From the NCBI GenBank assembly GCA_009885805.1, contig VFJZ01000007.1, forward strand, positions 92,407 to 156,406: a stretch of 64,000 bases of DNA, given 5' to 3'. The notes under the pieces are model-generated. The model searched no databases. It saw only the letters and a program-made list of their open reading frames with translations, and was not told the DNA's origin. This DNA comes from Actinomycetota bacterium (lineage in GTDB: Bacteria > Actinomycetota > Thermoleophilia > Gaiellales > F1-60-MAGs149). Each line of letters opens with the position of its first letter. Position 1 is the first letter of the stretch. The translations under genes and the position numbers were made by a program. Shown one piece after another: positions 1-9,864 of the stretch.

Positions 1-879
1 GAGCCCGTGCCGGCCACGACCGAGGGACCGGCGCTGTCGGGCACGATCGCCGCGGACGGCTCCTCGACCGTCGGTCCGTTGACGACGGCCGCGGCGGAAG
101 CCTTCGGCGCCGCCAACGCCGGCGTCCAGGTGACCGTCGGCATCTCCGGCACCGGCGGCGGCTTCGAGAAGTTCTGCGCCGGCGAGACCGACCTCCAGAA
201 TGCCTCGCGTGCGATCAAGGACGAGGAGAAGGCGGCCTGTGCCGAGAAGGGCATCGCCTATCACGAGTTCCTCGTGGCGAACGACGGTATCGCCGTCGTC
301 GTCAACAAGGAGAACACGTGGGCAACGTGCCTGACCGTCGACCAGTTGAAGGCGATCTGGGGCCCCGACTCCAAGGCCGGCACCTGGCAGGACGCCGACC
401 CGGCCTTCCCCGACGAGTCGCTGAAGCTGTTCGGCCCCGGCACCGACTCCGGCACGTTCGACTTCTTCACGAAGGAGGTCAACGGTGAGGAGGGCGCGAG
501 CCGCTCCGACTACTCGCCGTCGGAGGACGACAACATCACCGTCCAGGGCGTCTCCGGTGAGAAGGGCGGCCTCGGCTACTTCGGGCTCTCCTACTACGAG
601 CAGAACCAGGACAAGCTGTCAGCGGTGCAGGTCGACGGCGGCGCCGGCTGTGTTGCGCCGAGCCGCGAGACCGTGCAGGATGGCTCCTACGCGCCACTTG
701 CCCGGCCACTGTACGTCTACGCGAAGGCCGAGTCCTTCACCCGCCCGGAGGTCCAGGCCTTCATGGCCTACATGATCGACAACGCCACCGCCCTCGCCGA
801 CACCGCGCTCTTCGTGCCGCCCACGGACGCCCAGGCGACCGAGGCGAAGGCGAAGCTCGCCGCCGCGTTGGCCGGCTAG
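1..879 (+). CDS. pstS: Phosphate ABC transporter substrate-binding protein PstS (5' partial; frame is open to the window edge)
   Basis: There is no stop before nt 7 and no signal peptide, so the gene starts upstream of the window. Translation shows PstS-like motifs (GISGTGGGFEKF, PGTDSGTFDFFT). It sits directly upstream of pstC-pstA-pstB-phoU. Confidence 0.85.
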   Translation, partial: EPVPATTEGPALSGTIAADGSSTVGPLTTAAAEAFGAANAGVQVTVGISGTGGGFEKFCAGETDLQNASRAIKDEEKAACAEKGIAYHEFLVANDGIAVVVNKENTWATCLTVDQLKAIWGPDSKAGTWQDADPAFPDESLKLFGPGTDSGTFDFFTKEVNGEEGASRSDYSPSEDDNITVQGVSGEKGGLGYFGLSYYEQNQDKLSAVQVDGGAGCVAPSRETVQDGSYAPLARPLYVYAKAESFTRPEVQAFMAYMIDNATALADTALFVPPTDAQATEAKAKLAAALAG

Positions 880-884
880 GACGG

Positions 885-1823
885 ATGGCGTCTCACGACG
901 CAACGGCAGGCGCCCGGCCGGCTCATCGCCGGCTGGGCGCCGTCCGGCCGCGACGGGGCGAGGCCGCCGGCAAGGCAGTGCTCGCCCTCTGCGCGTTCCT
1001 GTCGATCCTGACGACGATCGGGATCGTCGTCGCGCTGCTCGAGCCGGCGCTGGAGTTCTTCACCGAGATCTCGCCGGTCGAGTTCTACGGCGGCACCGAC
1101 TGGGCGCCGCTGTTCGAGCCGGCGCGCTTCGGGGTGCTGCCCCTGATCGTCGGCACGCTCAAGATCACGGTGATCGCGTGCCTGGTGTGCGTTCCGTTCG
1201 GCCTCGGCGCCGCGATCTACATGGCCGAGTACGCGCGGCCGGCGATCCGGAGCGTCCTCAAGCCGGCGCTCGAGATCCTCGCCGGCATCCCGACCGTCGT
1301 CTTCGGGTACTTCGCGCTGACCCTCGTGACGCCGCTCCTGCGCGACATCGGCATCCACGTCGACGTCTTCAACGCCCTCTCCGCCGGCATCGTCGTCGGC
1401 GTCATGCTCATCCCGACCGTCGCGTCGGTCTCCGAAGACGCCATGCAGGCCGTCCCGGCCGGCCTCCGGCAGGGCGCGTTCGGCCTCGGCGCGACGAAGT
1501 TCCAGGTGTCGACGCGGGTGATCGTCCCGGCGGCCATCTCGGGCATCATCGCCTCCTTCGTGCTGGCCATCTCGCGGGCGGTCGGCGAGACGATGATCGT
1601 CGCGATCGGCGCGGGTCTGCTGCCCACGATGACGCTCGACCCGCGCCTGCAGACGGAGACGATGACAGCGTTCATCGCCGCCATCGGGATCGGCGACGTC
1701 CCGACCGGGTCGGTCGAGTACAAGACGATCTTCGCCGTCGGCCTGACGTTGTTCCTGATCACCCTGGCGCTGAACCTGTTCGCGATCCGGATGGTGCGCC
1801 GCTTCCGCGAGGTGTACGAATGA
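885..1823 (+). CDS. pstC: Phosphate ABC transporter permease PstC
   Basis: 312-aa polytopic membrane protein with an ABC permease EAA-like loop ([10 protein letters not shown]). Its position between pstS and pstA supports the call. Confidence 0.85.
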   Translation: MASHDATAGARPAHRRLGAVRPRRGEAAGKAVLALCAFLSILTTIGIVVALLEPALEFFTEISPVEFYGGTDWAPLFEPARFGVLPLIVGTLKITVIACLVCVPFGLGAAIYMAEYARPAIRSVLKPALEILAGIPTVVFGYFALTLVTPLLRDIGIHVDVFNALSAGIVVGVMLIPTVASVSEDAMQAVPAGLRQGAFGLGATKFQVSTRVIVPAAISGIIASFVLAISRAVGETMIVAIGAGLLPTMTLDPRLQTETMTAFIAAIGIGDVPTGSVEYKTIFAVGLTLFLITLALNLFAIRMVRRFREVYE

Positions 1824-2662
1824 GGGGCCGGGCGCTGCGCGAGGGATCCTTCCGCGGCTTCCTCTACCTCTCCCTGGCGGTCGGCCTGGTCGCGCTCGGC
1901 GCGCTGCTCGTCCAGGTCGTCGGCGACGGCTTCAGCTTCCTCGACGGCGTCCTCTTCTCGAACCCGCCGTCCGCCAACCCGGACCGGGCCGGCGCTCGAC
2001 CGGCGATCCTCGCCACGATCTGGCTGCTCGGCCTCGTGCTCGTGTTCGCGGTCCCGGTCGGCGTCGCGACCGCCGTCTACCTCGAGGAGTTCGCGAACAA
2101 GGACCGCTGGCACAACCGGATGCTCGAACTGAACATCCAGAACCTCGCCGGCGTGCCCTCGATCGTCTACGGCATCCTCGGTCTCGCCTTCCTCGTCCGC
2201 GGGATCGGCCTCGGCCGCGTCCTCCTCGCCGGCGCTCTGATCCTCACGCTCCTCGTCCTGCCGACCGTGATCATCGCGAGCCGCGAGGCGCTGCGGGCGG
2301 TGCCCGGCTCGATCCGTCAGGGCGGGCTCGCCCTCGGCGCGACTCCCTGGCAGGTCACGTTCCGGTCCGTCGTGCCCGCGGCGCTGCCGGGGATCGCGAC
2401 CGGCTCGATCCTGGCGCTGTCGCGCGCGATCGGCGAAACGGCACCGTTGATCCTGGTCGGTGCGCTCACCTACGTCGCGTTCGACCCGACGCCGCTCGGT
2501 GCGTTCACGGCGCTGCCGGTGCAGATCTTCCAGTGGATCGGCCGCCCACAGGAGGACTTCCGCCTGCTCGCCGCGGCCGCGATCATCGTGCTGCTCGGCA
2601 TCCTGCTGACCATGAATGCGGCGGCGATCCTCGTCCGCAACAAGTATCAGAGAAAGTGGTGA
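1820..2662 (+). CDS. pstA: Phosphate ABC transporter permease PstA
   Basis: The in-frame ATG at 1820 overlaps the pstC stop (ATGA). The product is a membrane protein with the motif [11 protein letters not shown]. The Arg-rich upstream part of track ORF 1178..2662 was rejected as a shadow extension. Confidence 0.85.
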   Translation: MRGRALREGSFRGFLYLSLAVGLVALGALLVQVVGDGFSFLDGVLFSNPPSANPDRAGARPAILATIWLLGLVLVFAVPVGVATAVYLEEFANKDRWHNRMLELNIQNLAGVPSIVYGILGLAFLVRGIGLGRVLLAGALILTLLVLPTVIIASREALRAVPGSIRQGGLALGATPWQVTFRSVVPAALPGIATGSILALSRAIGETAPLILVGALTYVAFDPTPLGAFTALPVQIFQWIGRPQEDFRLLAAAAIIVLLGILLTMNAAAILVRNKYQRKW

Positions 2663-2670
2663 CCTCGGAC

Positions 2671-3528
2671 ATGGACGCAACCGCCGCACCGATCCGGATC
2701 GGTGCCGACCCCGGGATGGCGGCCAGCCCCGCCCTGCCGCCGCCCGAGGCGCGCGAGATCGTCTTCGGCGTGCGCGGTGCATCCGTCCACTACGGGACGC
2801 ACCTCGCGCTCCGCGACGTCGACCTCGACGTCTACCGCAACTTCGTGACGGCGTTCATCGGGCCGTCCGGCTGCGGCAAGTCGAGTTTCATCCGCTGCTT
2901 CAACCGCCTCAACGACCTGATCCCGACAGCCCGCGTCGGCGGGCAGATCACCTACCACGGTGAGGACCTGTACGCGCCCGCCGTCGACGCCGTCGAGGTG
3001 CGCCAGCGGATCGGCATGGTCTTCCAGAAGCCGAACCCGTTCCCGAAGTCGATCTACGACAACATCGCCTTCGGCCCGCGAGTGCTCGGGATGAAGGGCG
3101 GCCTCGACGAGCGGGTCGAGCAGGCGCTCCAGCGCGCAGCGATCTGGGACGAGGTCAAGGACCGGCTGAAGACGCCCGCGCTCTCCCTGTCGGGCGGGCA
3201 GCAGCAGCGCCTCTGCATCGCGCGGGCGCTTGCCACCGACCCGGACGTCCTGCTGATGGACGAACCGTGTTCCGCACTCGATCCGATCGCGCCGGCCAAG
3301 ATCGAGGAACTGATGCTGGAGTTGCGGCGCGACTTCACCGTCATCGTCGTCACCCACAACATGCAGCAGGCGGCGCGGGTCGCCGACATGACGGCGTTCT
3401 TCACCGTCGAGGTCGGCGACGAGGGGCGGCGCACCGGCATCCTGATCGAGTACGACGAGACGGCGCGCATGTTCACGAACCCGCAGGATTCGCGTACCGA
3501 GGCCTACGTCACCGGGAGGTTCGGATGA
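2671..3528 (+). CDS. pstB: Phosphate ABC transporter ATP-binding protein PstB
   Basis: Walker [10 protein letters not shown], signature LSGGQQQRL and Walker B LLMDEP are all present. The start is taken as ATG 2671; GTG 2656, which overlaps the pstA stop, is an alternative. Confidence 0.9.
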   Translation: MDATAAPIRIGADPGMAASPALPPPEAREIVFGVRGASVHYGTHLALRDVDLDVYRNFVTAFIGPSGCGKSSFIRCFNRLNDLIPTARVGGQITYHGEDLYAPAVDAVEVRQRIGMVFQKPNPFPKSIYDNIAFGPRVLGMKGGLDERVEQALQRAAIWDEVKDRLKTPALSLSGGQQQRLCIARALATDPDVLLMDEPCSALDPIAPAKIEELMLELRRDFTVIVVTHNMQQAARVADMTAFFTVEVGDEGRRTGILIEYDETARMFTNPQDSRTEAYVTGRFG

Positions 3529-4178
3529 GGGCCGAGTTCGACGCCGAACTGCAGCGGCTCGAGGCCGAGGTGCAGGAGGCCGGCAACGTCACCGTCCAGG
3601 GCATCCGGGGTGCGATCGTCGCGCTCGAGGACTGGGAGCCGCCGATCCTCGACCACCTGACGGCGCTCGACGAGCGCGTGGACGTGATCTACCGACAGGT
3701 CGAGACCGACGTCGAGCAGATGCTGGCGCGGCAGGCGCCGGTCGCGACGGACCTGCGGATCGTCCTCGGCGTGCTCTACACCAACGTGCACCTCGAGCGG
3801 ATGAGCCACAACTGCCTGCGAATCGGGCGTCTCGCGACGCCCGTCGACGGCGCGGCCGTGCCGCGGGAGATGGTCGCGCTGCTGAAGCCGGCGCTCCTGC
3901 GCGGCGCCGAGATGACGCGGGTCGCCCTCGACGCGTTCGCCCTACGCGACGAGGCGCGGGCGCGGGAGCTCCCGGAGATGGACGAACTCGTCGATCACGA
4001 GACCGGCGCACTCGTCCAGCTGGCCCTCGAGCGTGGCCCTGGCGCGTGGTCGGGCAACGCCATCTTCCTCGCCCGATCGGCCGAGCGGATTGCCGACCAT
4101 GCGGTGCGGATCGCGGAGCAGGCCCTGTACGTCGTGACCGCGCGGCGGATCGAGTTCTCGGGCTCGTCGGCGGCGTAG
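3525..4178 (+). CDS. phoU: Phosphate signalling complex protein PhoU
   Basis: ATG 3525 overlaps the pstB stop (ATGA). The ~217-aa helical protein has a PhoU-like duplicated architecture and follows pstB. Confidence 0.8.
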   Translation: MRAEFDAELQRLEAEVQEAGNVTVQGIRGAIVALEDWEPPILDHLTALDERVDVIYRQVETDVEQMLARQAPVATDLRIVLGVLYTNVHLERMSHNCLRIGRLATPVDGAAVPREMVALLKPALLRGAEMTRVALDAFALRDEARARELPEMDELVDHETGALVQLALERGPGAWSGNAIFLARSAERIADHAVRIAEQALYVVTARRIEFSGSSAA

Positions 4179-4197
4179 CCCGATATCCTTCGGCGCG

Positions 4198-5934
4198 GTG
4201 TCGACCGCGCAGATCAGGCCGGCGGCGGCCGTCCTCCGACGCCGCGCGTTACCGCAGATCGGTTCGCTGCCGCTGGCCTGCGGTGCCCTGACGCTCGCGA
4301 TCGGGCTCGCGCTGTACCTGTTCGGGCCGCCCGGCGTCGACCGCGCCGCCCATGTCTACCACACGGGCGAGTTCGCCGAGCACGGCTGGCGGGTCTGGAA
4401 CAACTACTGGTACGCGGGCCGCTACGAGCTTCTCAACTACTCGGTCCTGTTCTACCCGCTGGCGTCCGTCCTCGGGCTCGGCCCGGTCGTGATCGGGGGC
4501 CTGGTCGCCGGCTCGGCGACGTTCGCGTCGCTGATTCGCACCGTGGCTGGCGCGCCAGGACGGTGGGCCGCGGTGGTGTTCGCCGTCTGGTGGCCGGTGA
4601 CATTGGTCGCGGGGCAGTACCCGTTCACTCTCGGCGCGGCGTTCGCGATCGCGGCGCTCCTCGCGCTGCTGCAGCACCACCCGCTCGCCGCGCTCGCCCT
4701 GACGGCGCTCGCCGCCCTCTCGAGCCCACTCGTGCTGCTCCTGGTGTCGGTCGTGCTCGCGGGCCTCGCCGCCGGTGCGGGTCGTTCGTGGCTCGCCCGT
4801 CCCCGAGCGCGGCTGGCCGCGACCGGGCTGCTGGCGCTCCTCGGCGCCGAGGTCCTCGTGCTGCGCATGTTCCCCGTCGAGGGGAGGTTCCCGTTCGGCA
4901 CGCCAGAACTCGCCTGGTTGCTGCTCTTCGCCGTCGGCGGCGCCGTCGTCGCCCGCTCCGTGCCGCTGCTGCGCGGCGTGTTCATCGCCTATGGCGTCGC
5001 CGCGCTGCTCGTCTACTCGTTCCCGAGTGGGGTGGGAGGCAACTTCGAGCGCCTGGCGGACTACTGGGCCGCCGCGCTGTTCGTCCTGGCGTATGCCGTC
5101 CGACCGCAGGGCTGGCGGCGGTCGGCGATCATCGTGCTGGGCCTCGCCGTGATCGTGCAGGCGGTGCCGGTCGCCCGCACCGTGTCGGGCGGACTGCAGG
5201 AGCGGGCCGACCGCGCCAGCTTCTGGCGACCCGCGATTTCGTTCCTGAACCAGAACGCCGACCCCGACCACCGCGTCGAGGTCGTCTCGACCTGGGGCCA
5301 CTGGGAGAGCTACCACCTGGCGCGGCAGCGGATCCCGCTGACTCGCGGTTGGTTCCGCCAGGACGACTTCCCGATCAACCTGCCACTGTACGACGGCGCC
5401 CTCGAGCCCGAGTCGTACCGCCGCTGGCTGTCCGCGCTCGCCGTTCGCTACATCGTCGTGCCACGGGACGAGCTCGACTACTCGTCGCGGAAGGAGGCCG
5501 AGATCCTCGCGCTTGGCCCGCGTCAGCTGCCCTTCCTGCGAACCGCCCACCGCGATGCGCACACCACGATCTACGAGGTCGTCGACCCGACGCCGCTGCT
5601 GACACTGGCGTCGCAGCCGGGGCTGGCCCCGGTCGTCACCGACGCGCCGGGCGTGATCCGGCTCGACGACACCTCGCTCGCGCTCTGGCTGCCACGCGCC
5701 GGCCACTATGACCTGCGTGTGCGCTACACGCCCTTCTGGCGGACGAGCGAGCCGGCTGCGATCTGCGTTGCGCCCGGTACCAACGGTATGACCCGACTGG
5801 CATCGACCCGTGGTGGTCCGGTGACGCTGTCCTTCGATCTGACGCTGGCGCGCTCCGCCTCGCAGGCGATCGGGGCGTCGCCACCGAGGTGTACGGCGCC
5901 GCCGGCCGGGGCGAGGTCGTCGCTGCTCAGGTAG
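4198..5934 (+). CDS. Large polytopic membrane protein of unknown function (N-terminal multi-TM region plus soluble C-terminal domain; possibly a GT-C-like glycosyltransferase)
   Basis: The 578-aa ORF has about 10 hydrophobic segments in its first ~330 aa. Its composition looks coding, unlike the Arg-rich antisense ORF. I did not recognise any specific family motif. Confidence 0.5.
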   Translation: MSTAQIRPAAAVLRRRALPQIGSLPLACGALTLAIGLALYLFGPPGVDRAAHVYHTGEFAEHGWRVWNNYWYAGRYELLNYSVLFYPLASVLGLGPVVIGGLVAGSATFASLIRTVAGAPGRWAAVVFAVWWPVTLVAGQYPFTLGAAFAIAALLALLQHHPLAALALTALAALSSPLVLLLVSVVLAGLAAGAGRSWLARPRARLAATGLLALLGAEVLVLRMFPVEGRFPFGTPELAWLLLFAVGGAVVARSVPLLRGVFIAYGVAALLVYSFPSGVGGNFERLADYWAAALFVLAYAVRPQGWRRSAIIVLGLAVIVQAVPVARTVSGGLQERADRASFWRPAISFLNQNADPDHRVEVVSTWGHWESYHLARQRIPLTRGWFRQDDFPINLPLYDGALEPESYRRWLSALAVRYIVVPRDELDYSSRKEAEILALGPRQLPFLRTAHRDAHTTIYEVVDPTPLLTLASQPGLAPVVTDAPGVIRLDDTSLALWLPRAGHYDLRVRYTPFWRTSEPAAICVAPGTNGMTRLASTRGGPVTLSFDLTLARSASQAIGASPPRCTAPPAGARSSLLR

Positions 5935-6658
5935 CGCCGCGCGGCTCGGCGCCGAACCGGTAGCCGACGCCGTACTGCGTGTGGATGTAGTCGTGGTCGG
6001 GTGACCGGCGGTCGAGCTTCGACCGGAGCTTCCGGACGCACACGTCAACGGTCCGGTCGCGATGGCGCGGCCGCGTTCCCCACACGCGCTGCTGCAATTC
6101 ATCTCGCGTCAGGACGCGGCCCGCCTCTCGGGCGAGGGCCACGAGCAGCCTGAACTCCGTCGGCGTCAGCCCGGCGTCGGCGAAGGCACCCGGCTCCTGC
6201 TCCGGCTCGACGCGGATGAAGGCGCGACGCTGCGCCGTGTCGACGCGGAGGCCCTCGACTTCGACGGCCTCCGCGCGCTCGTCCGTGACCCCACCGCTCG
6301 CACGGCGGAGTGCCGCGTGGACGCGCGCCACCAGTTCGCGCATGCCGAATGGCTTCGCGAGATAGTCATCGGCGCCGATGCCGAGCGTGTGCACCTTGTC
6401 GTGCTCGGACCCACGGGCCGAGACGGCGATGATCGGGATGCCGATGCGCTCGCTTCGCGCCGCCTCGGTGACCGCCCAGCCGTCGAGCCCCGGGAGCATC
6501 AGATCGACGATGACGAGGTGCGGTCGCTCGTAGCGGAGCTTCGTCAGGCCCCGTTCGCCATCCTCGACCCACTCGACGTCGAAGCCGGCGTGCCGTAGGT
6601 GGGTCGTCATCACGCGGGCGATCACCGGGTCGTCCTCGATCAGTAGGACGGTGGGCAC
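5927..6658 (-). CDS. OmpR/PhoB-family response regulator
   Basis: The receiver domain shows LLIEDD, VIVDLMLPGLDG and ADDYLAKPF. The winged-helix C-terminus shows TPTEFRLL...VWG...DRTVDVCVRKLRSKL...GVGYRF. It is divergent from a histidine kinase and adjacent to pst-phoU. Confidence 0.85.
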   Translation of the reverse strand: MPTVLLIEDDPVIARVMTTHLRHAGFDVEWVEDGERGLTKLRYERPHLVIVDLMLPGLDGWAVTEAARSERIGIPIIAVSARGSEHDKVHTLGIGADDYLAKPFGMRELVARVHAALRRASGGVTDERAEAVEVEGLRVDTAQRRAFIRVEPEQEPGAFADAGLTPTEFRLLVALAREAGRVLTRDELQQRVWGTRPRHRDRTVDVCVRKLRSKLDRRSPDHDYIHTQYGVGYRFGAEPRGAT

Positions 6659-6774
6659 AGCACGGAACGGTAGGAGGCGATCATGGTCGGGCGGGGTGCG
6701 TGTCGGTCATCGACCGGTGAAGAAGCGGTGATGCGGCCGGGCGAGGCCGTCGCGGCCCTATCCTGATCGGCGTC

Positions 6775-7872
6775 GTGATCGCCTGGATCGTCGCCGCCAT
6801 CGGTGTCGTCATCGTCGCCGTCGTCCTGGGCAGGCTGCGCGCTGCTCGCACTCGCTGCACGGCGCTCGAGGCGCAACTCGCCCTGGCCGGGGCGCCGTCG
6901 GCCGGCGACTCGGGGCTTGACGCGATGGACGCCCTGCTCGTCGCCGCGCCCACGCCGGTCATCCGCTTCGGCGCCGACGGCACCGTCGTCAGTCGCAACG
7001 CCGCTGCGATCGTCGCGTTCGGCGACGGTCCGCCGGCGCCGGAACTCGCCGCTGCCGTCGCCGAGGTCCTCGCAGGGCGCGCCGCCGTCGACACGGAGAT
7101 CGACATCTCCGAGCCGATCCGTCGCCGTTTCGAGACGCACGTGCGGCGCGACGCGCACGGTGCCGTGGCGATGCTCGCGGACGCAACGGCGGCGGGCGAC
7201 TTCCGGGAGGCGCGCCGGCTCTTCTCGGCGGCGGTCTCCCACGAACTGCGAACACCGCTCGCGCGCATTCTCGGGCTGGTCGAGACGTTGGCGTTGACCG
7301 GCGCGGACGTCGACCGCGACGAACTCGTCGCGCAGACCGAGGTGGAGATCGACAACATGCGTCGCCTGATCGACGACATGCTGCTGCTGGCAGCACTCGA
7401 CAGCGGGGCGATCGGCGGCGGTCAGACGGCCGACGCGGGAGCGTCGGCCGAGGCCGTCGTCGGTGACCGACTCGCTCGCCGTCCGGGCAGGGGGCGGGAT
7501 CTGCGAACCCTCGCGGAGCGCGGCCTTCGCGTGGCCGTGCCCGCTCGGCTGCTGGAGACGATGATCGGGAACCTGGTCGACAACGCGCTCCGCCACGCGG
7601 GTGCGGACGCCATCGTCCGGGTCGATGTCTCGTCGCTCGCCGAGGGCGTCGAGATCGTCGTCAGCGACGATGGTGTCGGCATCTCGCCCGAGCACCTGCC
7701 GCGCGTCTTCGAGCGCTTCTACCGGGCGGAGGCCTCGCGCGTCGGCCCCGGCACGGGACTCGGCCTCGCCGTCGTGAAGCACATCGTCGAGGCGCACGGT
7801 GGACGGGTCGCTGCGACCTCTCAGGCCGGGGTCGGGACAGTCGTCCGGATCGTGCTGCCACGAACAGTTTAA
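6775..7872 (+). CDS. Sensor histidine kinase (PhoR/SenX3-like)
   Basis: It has one N-terminal TM segment, H-box FSAAVSHELRTPL, N-box LVDNALRH and G-boxes DDGVGI and GTGLGLAVVK. The start is GTG at 6775. Confidence 0.8.
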   Translation: MIAWIVAAIGVVIVAVVLGRLRAARTRCTALEAQLALAGAPSAGDSGLDAMDALLVAAPTPVIRFGADGTVVSRNAAAIVAFGDGPPAPELAAAVAEVLAGRAAVDTEIDISEPIRRRFETHVRRDAHGAVAMLADATAAGDFREARRLFSAAVSHELRTPLARILGLVETLALTGADVDRDELVAQTEVEIDNMRRLIDDMLLLAALDSGAIGGGQTADAGASAEAVVGDRLARRPGRGRDLRTLAERGLRVAVPARLLETMIGNLVDNALRHAGADAIVRVDVSSLAEGVEIVVSDDGVGISPEHLPRVFERFYRAEASRVGPGTGLGLAVVKHIVEAHGGRVAATSQAGVGTVVRIVLPRTV

Positions 7873-7942
7873 GCACAGGAGGGTACGGTTTCAGCAGATT
7901 CTGCGGTACGATCACTCCAACTTCCCGGAGGTTCTCGGCCAC

Positions 7943-8938
7943 GTGCGCAGACTCGCCCTCACCATCGTTCTCCTCGCCGCCACGGCCCCGGTCGCGACCG
8001 CGGCCGTGCAGTTGCCGACGGCACCGGCGCCCTACGCCCTCGGCGACCGCGACGTCAGGTCGCTCGTCCGCCTCTCGCCGACGACCTTCATCGCCGGCAC
8101 CGACGGCGGCATCTTCCTGTCGCGCAACACGGCACGCTCGTTCCGGCGCCGCTACGCCGGTAGCGTGGACGCGCTCACGAAGGACGCGAAGTCGGCGCGC
8201 ACGGTCTACGCCGCCATCGGTGGCCGCATCGTCCGCTCGACGAACGCCGGGCTGACCTGGAAGGTGATGCGGAAGCTCCGCGCCACGGGTCCACAGCCGG
8301 CGCTGACGTCGCTCGCCGTGTCGGGCTCGACGCTCGTGGCCGGCAGCGATCTCGCCGTCTACGTCTCGCGGAACACGGGGCGGACGTGGAGGCGGCGGCC
8401 TGTCGGTTCGCCCGTCAGTAACGTTGCGATCCAGCCCGGAACTGGCCTGATCTGGCTCGCCGGGCGGGAGGCAGGCGTCGGGTTCTGGAGTCGAAGCGGG
8501 AACCTCTCCTTCGTGAACGCCGGGTTGCCGGCCACGATCGTCGGCGGCGTCTCCCGCATCAACGTGGCCGGCATCACGTTCCCGGGCGGACCCGGCAACC
8601 CGATCTTCGTCTCCGTCTGCGGAAACTTCTACTCGGTGGACAACGCCGACCTGGGCGGGATGCCGTGGCGCGAGCGCCAGGGCGTCAGGCAGGGCACGAA
8701 CCCGTCCTGCGACCCGGTCACGCCGGGGCTCGCTGGCCCGCTGCTGCTGGCCGGGAACCGCCGCGACTGGGGGTACTGCAGCGACGCGAGCGGCTGCTCG
8801 CCGCTCGGTGAGATCCGTTCGGGCACCGTGCGCGCGATGGTGCGGCGGACGAGCGCGACCTCCCGGCGGGCCGCCACGGTCCTGATCGGAACCTCGGCCG
8901 GCCTCGTCCGGGTGAATCTTCCACGCGGCCTCCGGTAG
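7943..8938 (+). CDS. Secreted BNR/Asp-box repeat (beta-propeller-like) protein
   Basis: GTG 7943 follows GGAGG at 7927-7931. The signal peptide is VRRLALTIVLLAATAPVATAA. Asp-box-like motifs are STNAGLTW and SRNTGRTW. Confidence 0.5.
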   Translation: MRRLALTIVLLAATAPVATAAVQLPTAPAPYALGDRDVRSLVRLSPTTFIAGTDGGIFLSRNTARSFRRRYAGSVDALTKDAKSARTVYAAIGGRIVRSTNAGLTWKVMRKLRATGPQPALTSLAVSGSTLVAGSDLAVYVSRNTGRTWRRRPVGSPVSNVAIQPGTGLIWLAGREAGVGFWSRSGNLSFVNAGLPATIVGGVSRINVAGITFPGGPGNPIFVSVCGNFYSVDNADLGGMPWRERQGVRQGTNPSCDPVTPGLAGPLLLAGNRRDWGYCSDASGCSPLGEIRSGTVRAMVRRTSATSRRAATVLIGTSAGLVRVNLPRGLR

Positions 8939-8949
8939 GTCATCCTGGA

Positions 8950-9657
8950 TCAGACGTCGAGCGGCTCGAAGCGGTAGCCGATGCCGTAGTGCGTCTGGAT
9001 GTAGCTGCGGCCGGCAGCGCGTTCGTCGACCTTCTCGCGGATCTTCCGCACGCAGACGTCGACCGAGCGGTCGCGCGGGCGGTAGGGGATGCCCCAGACG
9101 CGTTGCTGCAGTTCATCGCGGCTCATCGCCCGGCCCGGCGAGGACGCGAGCGTCCACAGCAGGCGGAACTCCTTGACCGTGAGGTGGGGATCGACCCATT
9201 CCCCGGCCACCTCGAGGAGCGCCCGCTGGCGGAGCGGATCGAGTTGCAACCCGGCGACCTCGATCGGCTCGGACACTGTCACCACGGGGGCGATGCCGGC
9301 TCGCCGAACACCGGCGCGGACACGCGCCACGAGTTCGCGCATCGAAGCGGGCTTCGTCAGGTAGTCGTCGGCGCCGCGCTCGAGGACGTGGACCTTGTCG
9401 TGCTCCGACGAGCGCGCGCTGAGGACGATGATCGGCGTGGTGTCGCCGTCGGCGCGGAGCAGATCGATCAGTCCCCAGCCGTCGGTGCCCGGGATCATCA
9501 GGTCGAGGACGACGACGTCGGGGCGCTCGAAGCGAATCTTCCGCAGCGCCCGGTCGCCGTCCTCGGCGGTCTCGACCTCGAAGCCGGCCGTCGTCAGGTG
9601 GCGTCGCATGACCTGGCTCAGCACAGGATCGTCCTCGACGATCAGTACGGTCGGCAC
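8950..9657 (-). CDS. OmpR-family response regulator, paralogue of 5927..6658
   Basis: The start is taken as GTG 9657 (VPTVLIVEDDP), which aligns with the MPTVLLIEDDP start of the paralogue. Receiver and winged-helix motifs are conserved. The longer track ORF runs through the antisense of the tRNA and was trimmed. Confidence 0.8.
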   Translation of the reverse strand: MPTVLIVEDDPVLSQVMRRHLTTAGFEVETAEDGDRALRKIRFERPDVVVLDLMIPGTDGWGLIDLLRADGDTTPIIVLSARSSEHDKVHVLERGADDYLTKPASMRELVARVRAGVRRAGIAPVVTVSEPIEVAGLQLDPLRQRALLEVAGEWVDPHLTVKEFRLLWTLASSPGRAMSRDELQQRVWGIPYRPRDRSVDVCVRKIREKVDERAAGRSYIQTHYGIGYRFEPLDV

Positions 9658-9713
9658 GGCGGACAGCGTATCGTCGGCCACGCCCGGCGTAGCGATATAC
9701 TGGGGGCTCGCCT

Positions 9714-9787
9714 GGTGGGCGTAGCTCAGCTGGTAGAGCACCGGGTTGTGGTCCCGGCGGTCGCGGGTTCGAGTCCCGTCGCTCACC
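9714..9787 (+). tRNA. tRNA-His (anticodon GTG)
   Basis: I folded the cloverleaf by hand. It has G-1 plus acceptor GTGGGCG/CGCTCAC and D arm GCTC-AGCTGGTA-GAGC. The anticodon stem is CCGGG/CCCGG with loop TTGTGGT. The T arm is GCGGG-TTCGAGT-CCCGT and the discriminator is C. No CCA is encoded. The antisense ORF translation (GTRTRD...LYQLSYA) is the typical tRNA shadow. Confidence 0.85.
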
Positions 9788-9864
9788 TCACGTCATCTCG
9801 CCGTGTTTGCGGGCTTCTCCTGGCACGGTCGGGGGCTCGACGGCGTACACTTGCGCTTGCAGCC

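Noticed and set aside
1217-2782. Very long antisense or alternate-frame ORFs throughout the window. Examples are 1217..2782(-), 4249..6102(-), 17935..19404(-), 20136..21692(-), 28274..30361(+), 33284..35185(-), 41762..43486(-), 47027..48883(+), 53702..55291(+) and 58218..59672(+).
   Set aside because: Their translations are Arg/Pro/Gly/Asp/His-rich low-complexity sequence with no family motifs. Each lies opposite or out of frame to an ORF with unmistakable conserved motifs (PstC/A, FliF, FlgE, CtaD and others). Such shadow ORFs are expected in ~70% GC DNA because stop codons are rare.
9658-9786. N-terminal extension of the response-regulator ORF (the track gives 8950..9786).
   Set aside because: The extension translates as MSDGTRTRDRRDHNPVLYQLSYAH, the classic antisense reading of a tRNA gene. 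A well-folding tRNA-His occupies 9714..9787 on the plus strand. The paralogous regulator starts at the equivalent of GVPTVL, so GTG 9657 was used.
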